Notes under the pieces: model-generated | What the model was told of the DNA's origin: nothing | Database searches by the model: none | What the model saw: the letters and a program-made list of their open reading frames with translations, nothing else | Assembly (NCBI GenBank): GCA_023261815.1 | Contig: JALNKA010000017.1 | Span: 1 to 11,839 of the forward strand | Direction of reading: 5' to 3' | DNA from: Candidatus Wolframiiraptor sinensis | GTDB lineage: Archaea; Thermoproteota; Nitrososphaeria_A; Caldarchaeales; Wolframiiraptoraceae | DNA length: 11,839 bases | Translations under genes and position numbers: made by a program | In this document: positions 7,951 through 11,839 of the stretch, one piece after another | Numbering within the stretch: position 1 is the stretch's first letter | How the letters are laid out: the number at the start of each line of letters is the position of its first letter

Positions 7951-9274
7951 GGCTCCCCTTTGCTTGCCTCTCAAAATAATCTTCAAATTGCTCCGCATAT
8001 TTATACCCACTGTCCGGGAAAATCAGGACATAATTTCCGGAGCTCGCAGCAATATTCTTAAAAGCGTGGAAGACCGCGCCGGCGCTCAGCCCAATGAGTA
8101 GCCCCTCTTTCCGCGCGACCTCCAGCGCTCCTTCTATCGCCTCATCCCTCTTCACATCAACTATTTCGTCGAACTCGACCATGTGAATCCACTTCATCCC
8201 GGACTCGATTCTCCTGATGCCCGGGATTATCTCGTTGGGCGCGGGTTGGACTCCAACCAGCTTAACCCTTTCACCATACTTGCTCTTGAAGTATAGTGAG
8301 ATCGCGCTCATATGTCCGGATGTTCCGAGGCCGCCTATGATGAAATCGGGGATTATGCCGATTGACTGAAGCTGCTCATCCAGCTCCCTCGCCGTATGCT
8401 TCAGGTGCACCTTAAAGTTAGCGTCGTTCTCGAACTGGTTCAGATGCGTTACCCCATCTCTTCTCGCCATCGCATCCACGTCATTCACCGCCTCGACGGT
8501 CAAGGTTGTTGGGACTCTAACCACCTCAGCTCCCAGAACTCTCAGGAACGTATCACTGCACTTTTGAATCGTCCTAGGTATGAACAGCCTGGCCTTCCTG
8601 CCCAAGATATTCGCTATCGCGGCGAGCGCTATCCCGGTATTCGTCGAGGTCGCCTCGTATAGAACTTCTTTCAGGGCGCCGGCCTCCATGGCCTCCACGA
8701 TCATGGACCAGGCTATCCTATCCTTGACACTGTTGCTGAAGGGGTTGAAGCACTCGAGCTTGGCGTAGACGGCCCTGTCGCCGGATGAGTAGGATGAGAG
8801 CTTGACGAGCGGCGTCGGCCATCCTTCATAGAGGAGCTCAAGAGTGCTATCATACACTTTTAGGAGGCGGCGATCGCGCTTCCATGAGGCGCCGAGATCC
8901 TCAAGGGAATATTCAACCTGTCCGGGTTCTCGCGGAACCTCCACCTCGAAATCCTCCTGGGACAGGCGGTGTCCCGCATAATGGAGCCTGAGAAGATCAT
9001 TTACCTCGAGAACCTCGGGCTCAGGGCTTATGCGCCTAACTCTCACCTCATCACCATTCACTACATACGCTGGAGCTTTCAGCGCTGAGAGCAGTTTTAA
9101 TGCCTCGAGAACCTCCGTGCCCTTTAAGACGAACATACTTTTCCTCTCAGCTATGATAGGCGTGCTCAGCTTACCGCTTCTCAGGATGACTCTATACGCT
9201 GATAGCGTTTTCTTGAGATCAGGCCTGAAGATCTGCTTCAGCTCCCGTATATCTATGAGCTCTACGCTGCTCAT
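7937..9274 (-). CDS. Cysteine synthase of O-phosphoserine sulfhydrylase type (PLP fold II) fused to an N-terminal degenerate SerK/ParB-Srx-like domain
   Basis: Motifs GWPTPLV, KLECFNPFSNSVKDR (PLP Lys), EATSTNTG, NQFENDANF, LGTSGHMSA, IPGIRRIESG and PDSGYKY match my recollection of Aeropyrum pernix OPSS. Residues 1-128 align with the 10588 ORF. Confidence 0.88.
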   Translation of the reverse strand: MSSVELIDIRELKQIFRPDLKKTLSAYRVILRSGKLSTPIIAERKSMFVLKGTEVLEALKLLSALKAPAYVVNGDEVRVRRISPEPEVLEVNDLLRLHYAGHRLSQEDFEVEVPREPGQVEYSLEDLGASWKRDRRLLKVYDSTLELLYEGWPTPLVKLSSYSSGDRAVYAKLECFNPFSNSVKDRIAWSMIVEAMEAGALKEVLYEATSTNTGIALAAIANILGRKARLFIPRTIQKCSDTFLRVLGAEVVRVPTTLTVEAVNDVDAMARRDGVTHLNQFENDANFKVHLKHTARELDEQLQSIGIIPDFIIGGLGTSGHMSAISLYFKSKYGERVKLVGVQPAPNEIIPGIRRIESGMKWIHMVEFDEIVDVKRDEAIEGALEVARKEGLLIGLSAGAVFHAFKNIAASSGNYVLIFPDSGYKYAEQFEDYFERQAKGSHDER

Positions 9275-10500
9275 CGTTCAGCCCTCACCTCCAGCTCGCG
9301 GCATATGCGGCTCAAGGTCTCTCTAAATACTTCAAGCTCGTCCATCGTATTGTAAAGGTAGAATGAAGCGCGGACAGAGCTCTTGATTCCAAGCGCCCTG
9401 TGGAGGGGTTGCGCGCAGTGAAATCCCGATCTAACGGCTATATTCCCAAACTCGTCTAGGAGCGCGGCGACGAGATCCCCGCTCACTCCCCTGAGATTAA
9501 AGGAGACTATGCCGCATCGCTCTTCCGGGTCTCGCGGCCCGTAAATCTCCACACCATCCAGCTCCTCCAAGATTTCTAGGGCGCATGCCGTGAGCCTCTT
9601 CTCATGCTCCCTTATCACATCAAGGCCTATGGCCCTGAGATATCTGATAGCGGCGGCCAAGCCTATTGCCCCGGCAATATTGGGTGTTCCGGGCTCGAGC
9701 CTCCATGGCATCTCATTGAGCCTGTAGCCATCGAGCTCGACGTGCGAGATCATCTCTCCCCCGCCGAAGGGTGGATCCAGCTCCTCTTCAACGCCTTCTC
9801 GAATGTATAGGCATCCTATCCCGGTCGGGCCGAGAAGCTTGTGACCGCTAAAAACCAAGAGATCGCATTCCAAGTCCCTTACGTTGACCGGCATGTGAGG
9901 GACCGATTGAGCTGCATCCACGAGGAGGAGGGCTCCATGATCATGCGCGATCCTAGCGATGCTCTTCACGTCATTCATCGTACCCAGCACATTTGATACA
10001 TGGCATACCGCAACCAATCTTGTATTCCTCGACAGCTTTCCCTCGAGATCCTCGAGGTCTATTATCCCAGATGATGTTATTCCGGCGTAGCTTAGCTTGA
10101 GGCCGAATCTCCTGCTAACTATCTGCCATGGTATCATGTTCGAGTGATGCTCCATTATGGATGAAATTATCTCGTCGCCCCGCCTCCACTTGATTCCATA
10201 AGCGGCTAAATTTATCCCCTCAGTCGCGTTCTTCACAAAGATGAGCTCGCTGGGCTTGCAGCCAATAAGCCTCGCAATCTCCGCCCTCGCTTCCTCATAA
10301 AGATCCGTCGCCTCCTGCGCGAGTGAATACACTCCCCGATGAACGTTTACCGAGTAATTTTCATAATAGCTTTTCACGGCTTCTATGACTTGCCTGGGCT
10401 TCAAGCTCGTCGCCGCATTATCAAAGTAGATGAGCGGCTTATCGCCCCGCTTTCTAGATAAAACCGGGAAATCCTCTCTAAGCTTGCTGAGATCCTTCAA
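9271..10500 (-). CDS. sufS: Class II cysteine desulfurase (SufS/CsdA)
   Basis: Motifs REDFP, YFDNAATS, NVHRG, MEHHSN, DAAQS, SGHK, EPGTPN, RSGFHCAQP (class II catalytic Cys) and VRASFY. TTG start with a strong SD. ATGA overlap with the next gene. Confidence 0.95.
   Translation of the reverse strand: MKDLSKLREDFPVLSRKRGDKPLIYFDNAATSLKPRQVIEAVKSYYENYSVNVHRGVYSLAQEATDLYEEARAEIARLIGCKPSELIFVKNATEGINLAAYGIKWRRGDEIISSIMEHHSNMIPWQIVSRRFGLKLSYAGITSSGIIDLEDLEGKLSRNTRLVAVCHVSNVLGTMNDVKSIARIAHDHGALLLVDAAQSVPHMPVNVRDLECDLLVFSGHKLLGPTGIGCLYIREGVEEELDPPFGGGEMISHVELDGYRLNEMPWRLEPGTPNIAGAIGLAAAIRYLRAIGLDVIREHEKRLTACALEILEELDGVEIYGPRDPEERCGIVSFNLRGVSGDLVAALLDEFGNIAVRSGFHCAQPLHRALGIKSSVRASFYLYNTMDELEVFRETLSRICRELEVRAER
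9285..9292 (-). promoter_or_regulatory. Shine-Dalgarno site for the cysteine synthase gene
   Basis: GGAGGTGA on the minus strand inside the sufS 3' end, with a 10-nt spacer before ATG 9274. Confidence 0.75.
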
Positions 10501-10504
10501 ATCT

Positions 10505-10512
10505 TCACCTCC
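10505..10512 (-). promoter_or_regulatory. Shine-Dalgarno site for sufS
   Basis: GGAGGTGA on the minus strand with a 4-nt spacer before TTG 10500. Confidence 0.8.
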
Positions 10513-10532
10513 TTCACAATTAAGCTCTCTTG

Positions 10533-10566
10533 GCGGTAATAAGGCTTGCGAGAAAATTTATATTAC
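10533..10566. promoter_or_regulatory. Divergent promoter region for sufS and the serK-like gene
   Basis: Plus strand GAGAAAA-TTTATATT (BRE+TATA, TATA at 10557-10564) lies 24-31 nt before ATG 10588. Minus strand AAGCC-TTATTA-CCGC (10533-10547) lies upstream of the sufS SD. Confidence 0.6.
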
Positions 10567-10587
10567 AGAGTTATGTAGCAGGGCCTG

Positions 10588-11076
10588 ATGCCTGAGAATG
10601 CATACTCGGCCGATGAGGCAGGCGTGGAGCGAGATTCTGCCGATGTTATTCGAGAGCTCTCCGGCGTGCTCCTCATACTTCCAATAGATCTCCTTAGGCC
10701 TCATGAAGGGGTTGAGGATGAGCTCGTCGATGAGCTCGCCGAGGAGATCAATAAGGATGGAGTTATTAAGAAGGCGATATTGGTGGATAAGCGGACGCTC
10801 GTAGTCATCGATGGCCATCATCGGATAATGGCTCTCCGGAAGCTGGGCTGCAGGAAGATTCCATGCCTTCTAGTGGACTACTCATCGGAGAGAATTCACG
10901 TGTTAAGCTGGAGCGGTGGCGAGCCGATTCCGAAGAGCGCGGTTCTGAGGGCTGGGCTGGAGGGCAAGCTGATGCCTCCCAAAACCACCAAGCACATAAT
11001 AAGAAGCCGTGGGCAGACCTTTCACGCATCGGAAATCGAGCCGAATCTAAGCATACCGCTTAAAGATCTCCTCTGA
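10588..11076 (+). CDS. ParB/Srx-fold protein, miniature SerK/SbnI-like putative free-serine kinase
   Basis: LRPHE, VIDGHHR, LRKLG..KIP..LVDY, VLSW, G...PPKTTKH and C-terminal IPLKDLL form the motif series I recall for Thermococcus SerK (MKPHE, IVDGHHR, VYTW, SPKTTRH, VKLEDLF). No ParB HTH domain. Confidence 0.8.
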   Translation: MPENAYSADEAGVERDSADVIRELSGVLLILPIDLLRPHEGVEDELVDELAEEINKDGVIKKAILVDKRTLVVIDGHHRIMALRKLGCRKIPCLLVDYSSERIHVLSWSGGEPIPKSAVLRAGLEGKLMPPKTTKHIIRSRGQTFHASEIEPNLSIPLKDLL

Positions 11077-11089
11077 AAAAAGGAAAGGA
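11076..11089 (-). terminator. Candidate oligo-T terminator for the SIMPL gene
   Basis: Pyrimidine tract CCTTTCCTTTTTTT on the minus strand about 25-40 nt after the SIMPL stop, in a convergent gap. Confidence 0.4.
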
Positions 11090-11114
11090 GATATTGGGCC
11101 GCCTTTTACCAGCC

Positions 11115-11839
11115 TTAAGCCGAGAGGAGAATTGTTAGGCTTACGGTAGCAGATATTTTCCCCTCTCCGGGGGCTATTGGTATCTCGGCCATCTCTGCAG
11201 TTCTAATTATTATCGGGGGAGGAGCCTGCTGATGCGAGATACTTATGGAGTCTATCCTAGCAATTTTGAGACCGAGCTGCGATGCGGCCACCTCCGCCTT
11301 CTTCAACGCATCATCTATTGCCTCTTTGATTGCTTGAGCCGCGAGCCCAGATTCTCTCTCCTCGGATAGCGTGAACTGGAGGCTGCTCATTCTATTGGCT
11401 CCGGCGGCGAAGGCCGCATCTATGGCTCTGCCGACCAGCGATATGTCGGAGATCTCGACCATCAAGTTGTAGGATGCCTCGTAATCCACTATCTGAGGAG
11501 GCCTCTGCTCCCAATCATATCTGGGGTTCACCGTTATCCCAATGGTCTCCATATTATCCCTGCTTATGCCGAGGGCCTCTAGGGCGGAGAAGATCCTCGA
11601 CATCTTCGAGGAGCACTCGCTCAAAGCGTCTGATGCTGTCTTCCCATATCCCAGCGCTGCGAAAATCACGATCGACTTATCAGGCACATAGGATGCCTCA
11701 CCATATCCCGAGACGCTCAACGTAGTATAATTCTGGGGCTTAGCATAGTTGTTCTGCCCGCCAGCTACTTCATTGCCTGTTGCCACCGCCGCAAAATTCG
11801 CTATCAAGACACCTAAAGCCGCAACAGCTATCAACCCGA
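11115..11839 (-). CDS. SIMPL/DUF541-family exported protein, 5' end probably outside the window
   Basis: Hydrophobic N-terminal segment, LSVSGYGEASYVPD, PRYDW, IDAAFAAGAN, LQFTLS, A..DA..KA...A...G and PIAPGE..ISATV. The frame is open to the window edge. Confidence 0.85.
   Translation of the reverse strand, partial: GLIAVAALGVLIANFAAVATGNEVAGGQNNYAKPQNYTTLSVSGYGEASYVPDKSIVIFAALGYGKTASDALSECSSKMSRIFSALEALGISRDNMETIGITVNPRYDWEQRPPQIVDYEASYNLMVEISDISLVGRAIDAAFAAGANRMSSLQFTLSEERESGLAAQAIKEAIDDALKKAEVAASQLGLKIARIDSISISHQQAPPPIIIRTAEMAEIPIAPGEGKISATVSLTILLSA

Noticed and set aside
7951-8010. N-terminal extension of TusA in the ORF track
   Set aside because: It overlaps the cysteine synthase C-terminus. 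TusA homology and an SD-like sequence point to ATG 7950 or 7947.
10588-11076. Chromosome-partitioning ParB
   Set aside because: There is no HTH or dimerisation domain and no parA nearby. The C-terminal motifs and context fit SerK/SbnI better.
5257-11076. Selenocysteine or recoding in the sulfur cluster
   Set aside because: The catalytic Cys positions are sense codons, the stops fall at expected protein ends and no frameshift is needed.
214-11725. The many short alternative-frame and antisense ORFs in the track (e.g. 214-492, 1952-2308, 3022-3375, 4687-5016, 7772-8101, 10558-10821)
   Set aside because: They lie within or across well-supported genes, have shadow-ORF composition and show no recognisable motifs.
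1-11839. Abundant CTCGAG/GAGCTC hexamers
   Set aside because: They are explained by Leu-Glu/Glu-Leu codon pairs (CTC, GAG) and are not regularly spaced, so this is not a repeat array or CRISPR.

Overview
This is a gene-dense archaeal window with TATA-like boxes about 30 nt upstream of starts, GGAGGTGA Shine-Dalgarno sites, TTG starts and archaeal-type enzymes, probably from a thermophile (inference). It holds 13 supportable CDSs and no RNA genes, CRISPR arrays or mobile elements. The left part carries an MtaB/MiaB-family tRNA methylthiotransferase, a ThiI-like THUMP protein with a degenerate active site, an RNase J-like metallo-beta-lactamase and a CBS-less IMP dehydrogenase. The right part (5257-11076) is a sulfur/Fe-S cluster: a small CxxC Nfu-like protein, iscU, an atypical iscS, a Cys-rich HTH regulator, tusA, an O-phosphoserine sulfhydrylase (OPSS)-type cysteine synthase, sufS and a divergent miniature SerK/ParB-Srx-like protein. 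The strongest observation is that the cysteine synthase's N-terminal ~128 aa align with the neighbouring mini-SerK but lack its catalytic motifs. This suggests an active kinase plus a pseudokinase-synthase fusion feeding a Ser -> phosphoserine -> Cys -> persulfide -> Fe-S/thio-tRNA route. All family calls come from motif recognition by eye and remembered reference sequences; no searches were run.
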